Shown here piece after piece: positions 45,699 to 54,509 of a stretch of DNA of 64,000 bases. Origin of the DNA: Candidatus Pacearchaeota archaeon. Lineage in GTDB: Archaea > Nanobdellota > Nanobdellia > Pacearchaeales > GW2011-AR1. The translations under genes were made by a program, and so were the position numbers. Positions within the stretch are counted from its first letter, which is position 1. The number at the start of each line of letters is the position of its first letter. The notes below the pieces were generated by a model, which worked only from the letters and a program-made list of their open reading frames with translations, had not been told where the DNA came from and searched no databases. The DNA is taken from positions 627,262 to 691,261 of the forward strand of contig JBAZXH010000001.1 in NCBI GenBank assembly GCA_041659945.1. Reading direction: 5' to 3'.

Positions 45699-45908
45699 AT
45701 GAAAAAATATACAATAATAATTGGAGCAGTTGGAATCGTTATCTTAATCTTGCTTATATGGGGATTAATTGGAAGTTCAAAGGCTGCTGAAATAGGGATT
45801 AACTGTGATTTTGGACTGGGTAATGATGGAAGTGTATTTTGCTGGAAATGGCATCAAAATATAATTGGAGATGTTGGAGATACAATAAATCAAATTTTTG
45901 GTAAATAA
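45699..45908 (+). CDS. small secreted/anchored protein
   Basis: 69 aa with an N-terminal hydrophobic segment. Confidence 0.4.
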   Translation: MKKYTIIIGAVGIVILILLIWGLIGSSKAAEIGINCDFGLGNDGSVFCWKWHQNIIGDVGDTINQIFGK

Positions 45909-45909
45909 A

Positions 45910-46395
45910 ATGGAACAAACAAAAGAAGATAAATTGGATGAAATAAAACACTGCATAAATCAGGAAGATAGTTTATACTGCATACATAGAAATGATGCAG
46001 AGGCATTTGAAAGAGAAAGTGAGATAGAAGGAAAGGGTACAATACCTATAATGACTTATGGAGATTATATAATATATCTAAAAGCTGTTTGTTCCGAACT
46101 TCCAAACATTCCTCTGAATAAGTTTAATTATACTTCAGGAACATTTGAGAAAAAATGGGGGCCCGATCATAAAACTATTGTTTTAACGCCAAATCACTCA
46201 AGTGTTAGAAAGGTTGAGATAGAGATTCAGGGAATAGATATTCATAAGATGAGATTACTGCCTGATAAAACTGGCGATGTTATTGAAGATATGGCTAAGA
46301 TAAAAATAACAAGACATTATAGATTTGCTGAAGGGGATTCTGAAAACAAAGAAGATTCTGTTGAAGCATCTCCTGGCGAAACTGAAGCTAGATAA
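45910..46395 (+). CDS. hypothetical protein
   Basis: ATG at 45910, one nt after the TAA at 45906-45908 (TAAAATG junction). Confidence 0.45.
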   Translation: MEQTKEDKLDEIKHCINQEDSLYCIHRNDAEAFERESEIEGKGTIPIMTYGDYIIYLKAVCSELPNIPLNKFNYTSGTFEKKWGPDHKTIVLTPNHSSVRKVEIEIQGIDIHKMRLLPDKTGDVIEDMAKIKITRHYRFAEGDSENKEDSVEASPGETEAR

Positions 46396-46497
46396 TTTTA
46401 GCTTATTTTTTCACATAAATTTATGTTAATGTTAACCTAATGCTTAACTCCTTAACATTTTAGTTATCTTTATAACTTTCAATTAATAATTAGTATT

Positions 46498-47088
46498 ATG
46501 TCTAATCTTCCTAAAACAGTGTATGCAAAAACAATAGAAGAATGGCGAGCATGGCTTCAAAAGAATCATGGGAAAGAAAATAAAATTGGTTTTATAAGAT
46601 ACAAAAAACATACTGGGAAGCCAAGTCTGACACATATGGAAGCTATGAAAGAAGCAATCTGTTTTGGATGGATTGATACAACAATAAATCGGTTAGATGA
46701 TGAAAAATATATTATTAATTTTGCAAAGAGGAATAAGAATAGTAAATGGAGTAATAATACCTTAAGCTACGCAAAAGAATTAATAAAACAAGGGAAGATG
46801 TCTCCTGCAGGATTAGAGGCATATAAACATGGTCTTTCAAAACCAACTCATGATTTTGGAATTCCTAATAATCCTCAAACTCCTAATGATCTTATGAGAG
46901 CTTTAAAGCAAATAAAAGCAGACAAAAATTTCGAGTTATTTCCTCCTTCTTATAAACGTGCTTTATTAAGGTGGCTTCTTAGAGCTAAACTTCCTGAAAC
47001 AAGAAAAAGAAGAATAAATGCAATTGTTAACTTAGCAAAAAATAACGATAAAACTGCTTTTTATACTAAAAAGGATAAATTATCTTAA
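46498..47088 (+). CDS. YdeI/OmpD-associated family protein
   Basis: WRAWLQKNH...EAICFGWIDT...KNSKWS pattern, recalled from the YdeI family. Confidence 0.55.
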   Translation: MSNLPKTVYAKTIEEWRAWLQKNHGKENKIGFIRYKKHTGKPSLTHMEAMKEAICFGWIDTTINRLDDEKYIINFAKRNKNSKWSNNTLSYAKELIKQGKMSPAGLEAYKHGLSKPTHDFGIPNNPQTPNDLMRALKQIKADKNFELFPPSYKRALLRWLLRAKLPETRKRRINAIVNLAKNNDKTAFYTKKDKLS

Positions 47089-47095
47089 TTTGCTT

Positions 47096-47115
47096 AATCC
47101 TAAGGATTAAAGCCC
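47096..47115. repeat. att-like repeat R1 (degenerate)
   Basis: AATCCTAAGGATTAAAGCCC vs R2/R4 AATCCTAA(G/A)GATTAACGCCC. Contains the palindrome AATCCTAAGGATT. Confidence 0.5.
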
Positions 47116-47164
47116 AACAATTTGCTCGCAGTAGATTAATAAATCTCCTTTTCTTAATATTTTA

Positions 47165-47332
47165 ATGGATAAAAAAACATTACATATAATTCAGTTTATA
47201 GTAGGAATTGTTTTAGCGTTAACTAGCGTAGTTTTAATGTTTTTTGGAGTTTTTCCATTACCTGCTAGAATTACAATAGGTATTATTGGCATTGGTTTAA
47301 TTGCAACATCAAAGTTTAGATTGCTAAAATAG
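47165..47332 (+). CDS. candidate 55-aa two-TM membrane peptide
   Basis: Hand translation gives MDKKTLHIIQFIVGIVLALTSVVLMFFGVFPLPARITIGIIGIGLIATSKFRLLK. It lies exactly between R1 and R2. Confidence 0.35.
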   Translation: MDKKTLHIIQFIVGIVLALTSVVLMFFGVFPLPARITIGIIGIGLIATSKFRLLK

Positions 47333-47358
47333 AATCCTAAGGATTAACGCCCCCACGA
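47333..47358. repeat. att-like repeat R2 (copy of the tRNA-Arg 3' end plus its downstream flank)
   Basis: AATCCTAAGGATTAACGCCCCCACGA matches 48311-48336 at 25 of 26 positions. The last 11 nt correspond to the tRNA-Arg discriminator, acceptor 3' strand and start of the T stem. Confidence 0.7.
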
Positions 47359-47464
47359 TACGTATCACACTTTTTATGATACTTTTTGTTACAAATTGTG
47401 TTACACAAAATGTAATAGATTAGGTTACTGGTTTAACGCCCCTACATATTATAATAGAATTGAA

Positions 47465-48217
47465 TTATTGAAGTTCCATTTCATCAAAATTATAAATTAT
47501 CTTTTTGTCTAAATCATAATGCGAAGCATAAAAAGGAAATTCTTTATTTTGAGGTAATATCTTTTTCTTCCATTGGTATATATCTGCCTTCAAAGGAGGT
47601 CCTGGGTAAGCAATCAACCTAAAATTATCTTTTTTAACAAGTGTTTTTGGAAATTCTATTCCTTTTTGTCTAATAATATGCCCTACAGCTATTTCTTCAA
47701 TTATAAAATTAATATTCGCTTCATCCTCTCTTCTATCTTTTAATACTTCAATAAGTAATTTGTGAAATTCTTTATCTTCTTTATCGAGTTTTTTTAATTT
47801 TTCATAGTAAATTGGAAAATCTTGTGAGTTAAGAATGATGTAGTCCCAAGGAACAAAATGTATTGCTTGAGGCATATACTTTCTCTTTTTTATAACAAGG
47901 TTTCTTATTGCATTACTGTGGCTTATCATCTGCCCATTTGTCTTTTTTCTTATTTCTAAAGCAGGGCTATTGTCATTATAATAAAGTCCATTGGTATATA
48001 AAAAAATAGCATCAAGACCAAGCACAGTTATTTTCTTCTCAAAGAATTCAAGCCATTTGTAACACTCTTCAGCATTTTGAGCATTACCAATTCTACTCAT
48101 AGATAATGGAAAAACAACATAACCATCAGTTGGTAATTGGTTAAGATCATGAAGTTCTTTTTTAATTCCCATAGAAGATAAGAGAATATTCTCTTTATAA
48201 ATTTGTCTCGAGTTCAA
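47465..48217 (-). CDS. hypothetical protein with cyclodipeptide-synthase-like motif spacing (tentative)
   Basis: The track ORF starts at TTG. The first ATG (48172) sits ~25 nt downstream of a TTTATAAA box (48194-48201). FPLSMS...NFIIEEIA...LIAYPGPP resembles the Ser / (Y)xxxE / Y-P landmarks of CDPS enzymes, recalled from memory. Confidence 0.5.
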   Translation of the reverse strand: MNSRQIYKENILLSSMGIKKELHDLNQLPTDGYVVFPLSMSRIGNAQNAEECYKWLEFFEKKITVLGLDAIFLYTNGLYYNDNSPALEIRKKTNGQMISHSNAIRNLVIKKRKYMPQAIHFVPWDYIILNSQDFPIYYEKLKKLDKEDKEFHKLLIEVLKDRREDEANINFIIEEIAVGHIIRQKGIEFPKTLVKKDNFRLIAYPGPPLKADIYQWKKKILPQNKEFPFYASHYDLDKKIIYNFDEMELQ

Positions 48218-48310
48218 CTCCCTTCCGAAGCGTTAAACTTTTTGGTAATACTCTCCTCCGCAGCGTTGCACTATTTTCATCAGAAGTTATTCGGTTTATG
48301 TAGATAAGTT

Positions 48311-48336
48311 AATCCTAAAGATTAACGCCCCCACGA
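48311..48336. repeat. att-like repeat R4 at the tRNA-Arg 3' end
   Basis: AATCCTAAAGATTAACGCCCCCACGA overlaps tRNA-Arg nt 48326-48336. Confidence 0.7.
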
Positions 48337-48399
48337 GGATTTGAACCTCGGTTACAGAGTCCGCAACCCTGCGTTCTATCCAGGCTGAACTACGGGGGC
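48326..48399 (-). tRNA. tRNA-Arg (GCG)
   Basis: The reverse complement reads GCCCCCG-TA-GTTC-AGCCTGGAT-AGAAC-G-CAGGG-TTGCGGA-CTCTG-TAAC-CGAGG-TTCAAAT-CCTCG-TGGGGGC-G. Confidence 0.9.
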
Positions 48400-48481
48400 A
48401 TGAACAAGATTGTCTTCCTTTGATAATTTAATAAGATATATAAAGTCTGTTGACATTACTTTAAGTATAGAGGGGTTAAAA

Positions 48482-48688
48482 ATGGATCATACAAAAATAA
48501 AAAATTCGCTTAAGAATTTAAGAAGAGCATTAAAAGATGAGATTAAGCAAGAGCATCTTTATACTAAAGCTGCAGAAGTAGCAAAATCAGATAATCTGTC
48601 TAGTGCAGCTGAATTCTTTAGAAATGCGGCAAAAGATGAAAAAAGGCATGCAAACGAAATTGAGATTTTACTTAAGTCTTTGATTTAA
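48482..48688 (+). CDS. small ferritin-like/rubrerythrin-type helical protein
   Basis: Start at the ATG at 48482, after GAGGGG. EIKQEHLY...AKDEKRHANEIE contains E...ExxH metal-ligand spacing. Confidence 0.5.
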   Translation: MDHTKIKNSLKNLRRALKDEIKQEHLYTKAAEVAKSDNLSSAAEFFRNAAKDEKRHANEIEILLKSLI

Positions 48689-48753
48689 TTTAAGATTTCG
48701 ATTAGAGTCGTAGTTATGGCAAGTTTTAAAAGATTCTGAATACCGTTTATTTA

Positions 48754-49665
48754 ATGGTAAGTAAATTTACGCTTTTAGTTATTCTTCCAATAGTAATTAT
48801 TTTGGTTTCGTTTGTAGCTTTTGTTTTATTAGTAGTTCCAGGCATTCAAGCTGTTGGAGGAGATGTCACTGTTTTTGGAGCTCATAGAGGTAACTCTCTT
48901 AATTTTACTGAAAATACTATACCTGCTTTTGAAGATGCGGCAAAAAATGAAAAGTATAAATTTATAGAATTTGACATAATGTATACTAAAGATAAGCAGA
49001 TAGTTGTTCATCACGATAATTCTTTATTAAGACTTCAGAAAAAGCCTCAATTGATTGAGCGACTTGATTATGAAGAACTTGAAAATATAAGTAACTATCA
49101 TATCCCCCTTTATTCAGAAGTTATGAACATAACTACTGGGAAAAAACCCTTGAATATAGAAATAAAGTCTCATGGAAACAAAACAGATGATGAAAAAATT
49201 GCAGATTATATTATTGGTGATTTAAAAAATCGAGGAATTTTAGATTCTACTTTAATTAGTTCAATATCAAGCGATGTTTTGAAATATATTAGTGAGAATT
49301 ATCCAGACGTTGAAACAGGAAAGATTTATTATATTGCACCAGGAACGTTTGTAGATAGTAACGAGTTTATTCAAGAGTTTTATGATGAACTTGACAAGAC
49401 GGGAGCAGATTATTTAATGATACATGGAACTAATCTTAGAAATTATGATTCTTTAAAAAAATTAAAACCTGATAAAAAATTTCTTGTTGTTTGGTATTTT
49501 ACTGATGAAATGTATGTTTTACAGCCCCAAGAAAAAAGCTGGATATTTAATCTAAAATCATCATTGGATAGGCTTGAGGGAGTAAAAAAAGGTTTACAGG
49601 GAGAACTTAGTACTTCTCAAGGAGGAACCGGTGGAAAGACCAAAGAATGTATTTGGTGGTGTTAA
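48754..49665 (+). CDS. membrane-anchored glycerophosphodiester phosphodiesterase
   Basis: FGAHRGNS, ENTIPAFEDA, FIEFDIMYTKDKQIVVHHDNSL and an N-terminal TM. Confidence 0.8.
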   Translation: MVSKFTLLVILPIVIILVSFVAFVLLVVPGIQAVGGDVTVFGAHRGNSLNFTENTIPAFEDAAKNEKYKFIEFDIMYTKDKQIVVHHDNSLLRLQKKPQLIERLDYEELENISNYHIPLYSEVMNITTGKKPLNIEIKSHGNKTDDEKIADYIIGDLKNRGILDSTLISSISSDVLKYISENYPDVETGKIYYIAPGTFVDSNEFIQEFYDELDKTGADYLMIHGTNLRNYDSLKKLKPDKKFLVVWYFTDEMYVLQPQEKSWIFNLKSSLDRLEGVKKGLQGELSTSQGGTGGKTKECIWWC

Positions 49666-49889
49666 GAATTTTTACTTCAATTAAACTTGAAGGCATAGTT
49701 GCATTTAAAAAGCAAATTTTGCTTTAAGAGTAATGAAAGACAAAAAACTTAAATTTATTATTGCATTTTTAATACTTTTACTAAGCTTAGTCATCGTTTT
49801 AAAGGGAAGAATATAGCCTATCTATTTTGTTAATTACATAGTAATACTAGAATAGTTAAATTTATATAATCTAGAGCTGAAAAAATTAT

Positions 49890-50150
49890 ATGAAAAGAGA
49901 AAATATCAAACTTATCGTCGCTATTACCCTTTTATTGATTGGAGTGGTACTTGTGTTTAGTCAGGCAACAATTCAACATGAAGCTATGAAGATTTTGTAT
50001 AAGGGTTCTGGAGCCAGTATTTCTAGCGTTAAGGTGTTACAGGTTCTTTTTGATGAAACTTATTTTAGAAGAATTTTAATGGGTCAGATGAAAACAGTTG
50101 TTGGTTGGTTTGATATAAACTTACTTTTACAGAAAATTCCTTATGCCTAG
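49890..50150 (+). CDS. hypothetical small membrane protein
   Basis: 86-aa ORF with an N-terminal TM. Confidence 0.3.
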   Translation: MKRENIKLIVAITLLLIGVVLVFSQATIQHEAMKILYKGSGASISSVKVLQVLFDETYFRRILMGQMKTVVGWFDINLLLQKIPYA

Positions 50151-50452
50151 GATTTTAGGATTTTGTTTAGCTTAATCACTAAATCATCAATTTGTTTCTT
50201 GGTCATTCCGTGCACTAAACAGCCCTGTTCTAGCGTTTCGTAGGCAGCTACGCCGCAGCCAAAACAATGAAGTCCATTTTCAAACATTATTTTACTCATT
50301 TCATAGTATTTCTCTGGATTAATTGACATTACTTCTGAAATCAACATCTTTTTGTTTACTTCTCTTATATGCCCTTTAACTTCTTTATGTAGAACCTTTT
50401 TTGATTTTAGACTAACCTTTTTTGATACCCTCTTTTTTATTTGTTTTTTCAT
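50147..50452 (-). CDS. DUF1858-type (hybrid-cluster-protein-associated redox disulfide) domain protein
   Basis: ISEVMSINPEKYYEM...GLHCFGCGVAAYETLEQG. Confidence 0.6.
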   Translation of the reverse strand: MKKQIKKRVSKKVSLKSKKVLHKEVKGHIREVNKKMLISEVMSINPEKYYEMSKIMFENGLHCFGCGVAAYETLEQGCLVHGMTKKQIDDLVIKLNKILKS

Positions 50453-50453
50453 T

Positions 50454-51080
50454 TTATCCCTCTTTTATAGCTTCTTTGTAAAGTTGTTCAACCTTACTCC
50501 AATTAACTATATTCCAAAGTGCTGAGATATAATCAGCTCGTTTGTTTTTATACTTTATGTAATATGCATGTTCCCAAACATCTAATGTTAAAATTGGAAT
50601 TTTTCCTTCAGATAGAGGAGTATTTTGATTTGGCAGAGTGAGTATTTCAAGTCTTTCATTGTCTAGGACTAGCCATGCCCAGCCACTTGCAAAGTGATTT
50701 AGGGCTGCAGCAGAGAATTTTTCTTTAAAGCTCTCAAAACTGCCAAACTTGTTTTCTATTGCTGTTAATAACTCTCCTGTTGGTTTTAGCTTGTTTTGTG
50801 CTTGTTTTGTGGGGCATAGAATTTCCCAAAATAAGTTATGATTCACATATCCTCCACCGTGATTTATTACGGCAGTTCTTATGTGTCCGGGAATTTCGTG
50901 TGTATTCTGTAGTAGTTCAAATATATCTAAATCTTCCACAGCTGAATCCTTTAGTGCAGAATTTAGTTTGTCAGTATATGTTTGGTGATGTTTATCATGA
51001 TGAAGTTTTACTGTTTCTTCATCCATCCAAGGTTCTAGAGAATCGTATTCATATGGTAGTGCTGGTAGGGTGTAAATCAT
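50454..51080 (-). CDS. sod: Fe/Mn superoxide dismutase
   Basis: LPYEYDSLEP, HHDKHH, NHGGGYVNH and DVWEHAYY. Confidence 0.95.
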   Translation of the reverse strand: MIYTLPALPYEYDSLEPWMDEETVKLHHDKHHQTYTDKLNSALKDSAVEDLDIFELLQNTHEIPGHIRTAVINHGGGYVNHNLFWEILCPTKQAQNKLKPTGELLTAIENKFGSFESFKEKFSAAALNHFASGWAWLVLDNERLEILTLPNQNTPLSEGKIPILTLDVWEHAYYIKYKNKRADYISALWNIVNWSKVEQLYKEAIKEG

Positions 51081-51277
51081 AAATTATTAAGGTGTAAAAA
51101 CTATATAAACCCTATGAAAATATACTATATTTTCTTGGTCTCATAAAACCAAAATCCAAAGTTTTATGATTATGATGAAAGTGAACCTGACTAAATTAGG
51201 ATGTATGTATTTTTCACTCCTTATGGCCAATGAAAATTCTTAGATAGCTTTATATATCCATATTTTTTATAGGCCCT

Positions 51278-51592
51278 ATGAGAGCTAGAATTAAGAAGGG
51301 ACATTCTAGGGGTGTTCTTAGAGTGGAAGCTAGCGGAGAAATTAAAGAAGTTCTTGCAAATGAAGATGTTTTGAATATGAATCGGGAAGTTATTTCTGTA
51401 TGTTTTAGAGGTCGTGAATCATCAGGAATTATAGATTTTAGTCATGAAGAAATTGAAAAGCTTTATAATTCAATTAAGAAAAAGGATGATCTAATAAAAG
51501 GAATCAAAACACTTGTTGATGCTGAAAAAGAGATTGATAAGGAAATTGAGAACCATAAAATTAAAAGAACTTTAAAGAAAAAAAGAAGGTGA
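51278..51592 (+). CDS. hypothetical protein
   Basis: 104-aa ORF with a basic C-terminus. Confidence 0.4.
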   Translation: MRARIKKGHSRGVLRVEASGEIKEVLANEDVLNMNREVISVCFRGRESSGIIDFSHEEIEKLYNSIKKKDDLIKGIKTLVDAEKEIDKEIENHKIKRTLKKKRR

Positions 51593-51593
51593 T

Positions 51594-52538
51594 TTACTTT
51601 TCTTCTTCATAGATCTCTACATGCTCATTTGTTATATATTCATATGCTGAGTATGCTGCTAGACAGCCGGTTGATGTGGCAATTATAACTTGTTTGAAAG
51701 GAATATCTGCAACATCTCCTGCAACAAAGAATCCGGGTATATTTGTTTTCATTGTTTTGTCTGCAATTATTTCCCCCTTTGTGTTGAGTTTTACTCCAAG
51801 CTTCTTTATTGTGTCTGTTAAAGGAATATGCCCAACATCTATGAATATTCCATCTAATTCTAATTCATTTGAACCATTATACGTTCTGTTTAGTTTTATC
51901 TTTTTTACTTTTTTGTCTCCAAGAATTTCAATGATTTGTGCGTGATTAATAATTTCTATTTTTTTATTAGCTTTAATTCTTTCATAGGTTATTGGTTCGG
52001 GGTGAATATCTTCTTTTCGGGCTATAATGTAAACTTTACTTGCTATGTTTGCCATGACTAGCGCATCTTTTCCTGCACTTGCTCCACTTCCTACAACTGC
52101 TACAATTTTATTTTTGTAAAAATTACCATCACAGACAGCACAGTAGTGAACTCCTTTACAAGTAAACTCTTCTTCTCCTGGAACGTTTAGTTTTTTCCAT
52201 TCTGTTCCGGTAGCATAGATAACTGTTTTTGCTTCGTATTCTTCCTTTCCTACACTAAGAATAAATTTATTTCCTTTTCTTTCTATATCATCTACATTTT
52301 TATGTACAAATTTTACTTTAAATGATGTTGCGTGTTCTTTTATTTTTTCAGATAATTCCATTCCAGTTATTGACTTAAATCCTGGGTAGTTTTCTATAAT
52401 GTCTGTTTTTGTTACAATGCCGCCTGGAAACGGATCAAAAACTAGGGCATCAAGTTCAAATCTTAGAGCATATATTGCTGCAGAAAGGCCAGCTGGTCCG
52501 CCACCAATAATTGCTATGTCTGTTTTATTTTCAGTCAT
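51594..52538 (-). CDS. trxB: thioredoxin reductase
   Basis: IIGGGPAGLSAA, CAVCDG redox-active disulfide, VVGSGASAG and FVAGDV. Confidence 0.9.
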   Translation of the reverse strand: MTENKTDIAIIGGGPAGLSAAIYALRFELDALVFDPFPGGIVTKTDIIENYPGFKSITGMELSEKIKEHATSFKVKFVHKNVDDIERKGNKFILSVGKEEYEAKTVIYATGTEWKKLNVPGEEEFTCKGVHYCAVCDGNFYKNKIVAVVGSGASAGKDALVMANIASKVYIIARKEDIHPEPITYERIKANKKIEIINHAQIIEILGDKKVKKIKLNRTYNGSNELELDGIFIDVGHIPLTDTIKKLGVKLNTKGEIIADKTMKTNIPGFFVAGDVADIPFKQVIIATSTGCLAAYSAYEYITNEHVEIYEEEK

Positions 52539-52642
52539 TTTAGATTCACCTTTTTGTATATTAGAGATATTTAATTGGGATATTTAAAGTTAGTTGTTTG
52601 AGTTTACAATATGTTTTTAAACCCCGTATTTTATAGAGTGAT

Positions 52643-53053
52643 ATGGAGAGTCCTGTAGCTACTATAAGAGTAAGTGAATTTTATGAAGATTTAGCACTAG
52701 CTCTTAGAAGATTCAGCCCCGATTTTATTCAAAGTCCAAGTGTTTTAGGAAATACAAGGCAATTTTGGTTATATAATGATTCAGAACATTATTTAATGAC
52801 TACTTCTCAACAAGCAGGAAAGGTTTTAATTCCTCAGGGTTATAACTGTATAGTTGCGGTTTCTTCTTTTGATTCTGCTTTAAATGATCATTTATTAGAA
52901 GAGGTTAGTTTAAGAACTGGAATTAATTTAAGAACAGCTCCCAAAGCATTAGAAAGAATGTCTAGTATGAATAATCCTATGTTTTTGTTGTGTGAAATTG
53001 AGGGTAAGAAGAGATTTACTGAGATGTTAAGTTCATTGTCTATAAGGCATTGA
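52643..53053 (+). CDS. hypothetical protein
   Basis: 136-aa ORF with no motif recognised. Confidence 0.45.
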   Translation: MESPVATIRVSEFYEDLALALRRFSPDFIQSPSVLGNTRQFWLYNDSEHYLMTTSQQAGKVLIPQGYNCIVAVSSFDSALNDHLLEEVSLRTGINLRTAPKALERMSSMNNPMFLLCEIEGKKRFTEMLSSLSIRH

Positions 53054-53665
53054 TCATTTTTTCCTAGAGACTAGCAGACCTTTGTCTATTTTTAGCAAAG
53101 TTGTACTGTAATTTGGATTGTTTTTTACATAGTCAACATAATCTTTCAGAAGTTCTTTGTGGCTTAGGATATTGTCTGCTACGACTATTGCGTTTTTGTT
53201 TAGGAATTTTTCGAGTTTTTTTAGATAAATTAGATAATTATGTTTATCTGCATCTATGAACAGAAAATCAACTTTTTTATTCCAATTTTTCAGAGCATCA
53301 TCAATGTAGGATGTTATTGTTTGTATGTTTGCTAGTTTTGCTTTTTTAAAAAAGGTATTTGCTATTTCATGCTCTTTTTTTGAAAGGTCTATGGTGTAGA
53401 CAAATCCTTTATAGCTTTCACTCGCCTTAGCTAACCATAGTGTTGAATAGCCAATGCAAGTTCCAAGTTCAAGGATTGTTTTTGGTCGGTTTTTTTCTAC
53501 TAGTTTATATAGAACTTCTGCTGTTTTTCTTGAAACTGATGGGAATTCAATGATTTTTCCAATTGGCCAGTATTTTTCATATTCTTTTGTAGCTCCTTGA
53601 GTTGCAAAGGTTTTTTGAACTGATTCTATTTCTTTTATTACCTTGAGGAAATCTTTGTCTAACAT
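53054..53665 (-). CDS. class I SAM-dependent O-methyltransferase (caffeoyl-CoA OMT/YrrM-like)
   Basis: ILELGTCIGYSTLWLA and FLFIDADKHNY. Confidence 0.75.
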   Translation of the reverse strand: MLDKDFLKVIKEIESVQKTFATQGATKEYEKYWPIGKIIEFPSVSRKTAEVLYKLVEKNRPKTILELGTCIGYSTLWLAKASESYKGFVYTIDLSKKEHEIANTFFKKAKLANIQTITSYIDDALKNWNKKVDFLFIDADKHNYLIYLKKLEKFLNKNAIVVADNILSHKELLKDYVDYVKNNPNYSTTLLKIDKGLLVSRKK

Positions 53666-53717
53666 AATATTTTACTAGAGAATAAAGATTTATAATCTTT
53701 CTTAGAGTGTTTAATTT

Positions 53718-54482
53718 ATGGTATTTATAGATGTACATTGCCACATTGATAGGTATAGTGATGAGGAAATTGTAGAGATAATCGGAAGAGCAAAGAAAGA
53801 AGGAGTTGGGATTATGATAAATAATGGAAATACAGTTGAGGCTGATCGAAAGAATCTAGAGCTGGCTGGAATGTATCCTCAGGTTAAGGCTGCTCTTGGA
53901 ATTCACCCAATAGATTACAATCTATATACTGATGAGGAAATTAAAGAAGAGATTAGATTTATCAAAAAAAACAAAGAGAAGATTGTTGCTGTTGGAGAAG
54001 TTGGTTTTGATTTAAAAGAAGCGGTGGTTGATTTTGACAGACAGAAAAAAGTATTTTTTGAATGGATGAAACTTGCAAGTGAAATAGATAAACCAATAAT
54101 AATCCACTCTCGAAAGGCTGAAAAGGAAGCTGTTGAGATTGTTGATGAATTTGCTAAAAATCATAAAATTAAAGTTTTGATGCACTGTTTTTCTGGTAAT
54201 ATGAAGTTGGTCGATAAAATAAGAGATAATGGTTGGTTTTTTAGTATACCTGCTAGCATTAAGCATTCTACACATTTTCAGGAGGTTGTTAAAAGAGTTC
54301 CAATTAGTCAGTTGTTTTGTGAAACTGACTCCCCATTTTTACATCCAGATAAGGAAAGAAATAATGAACCTGCTCTGGTTATTGAAGCCTATAAAAAGAT
54401 TTCTGAAATAAAAGGAATAAGCTTGAATGAAGTTGAAAAACAAATTGAGGAAAACTATAGAAAGTTTTTTAATGATCGATAA
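53718..54482 (+). CDS. tatD: TatD family metal-dependent hydrolase/DNase
   Basis: FIDVHCHI, VGEVGFD, IIHSR, HCFSG and ETDSPF. Confidence 0.88.
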   Translation: MVFIDVHCHIDRYSDEEIVEIIGRAKKEGVGIMINNGNTVEADRKNLELAGMYPQVKAALGIHPIDYNLYTDEEIKEEIRFIKKNKEKIVAVGEVGFDLKEAVVDFDRQKKVFFEWMKLASEIDKPIIIHSRKAEKEAVEIVDEFAKNHKIKVLMHCFSGNMKLVDKIRDNGWFFSIPASIKHSTHFQEVVKRVPISQLFCETDSPFLHPDKERNNEPALVIEAYKKISEIKGISLNEVEKQIEENYRKFFNDR

Positions 54483-54509
54483 ACTAAAGATTTGAGTTAA
54501 AAGATTAAG

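Noticed and set aside
47096-48399. Calling the tRNA-Arg-associated region an intact mobile element.
   Set aside because: No integrase, transposase or replication gene lies between the repeats. I report only the repeats and cargo, not a mobile_element feature.
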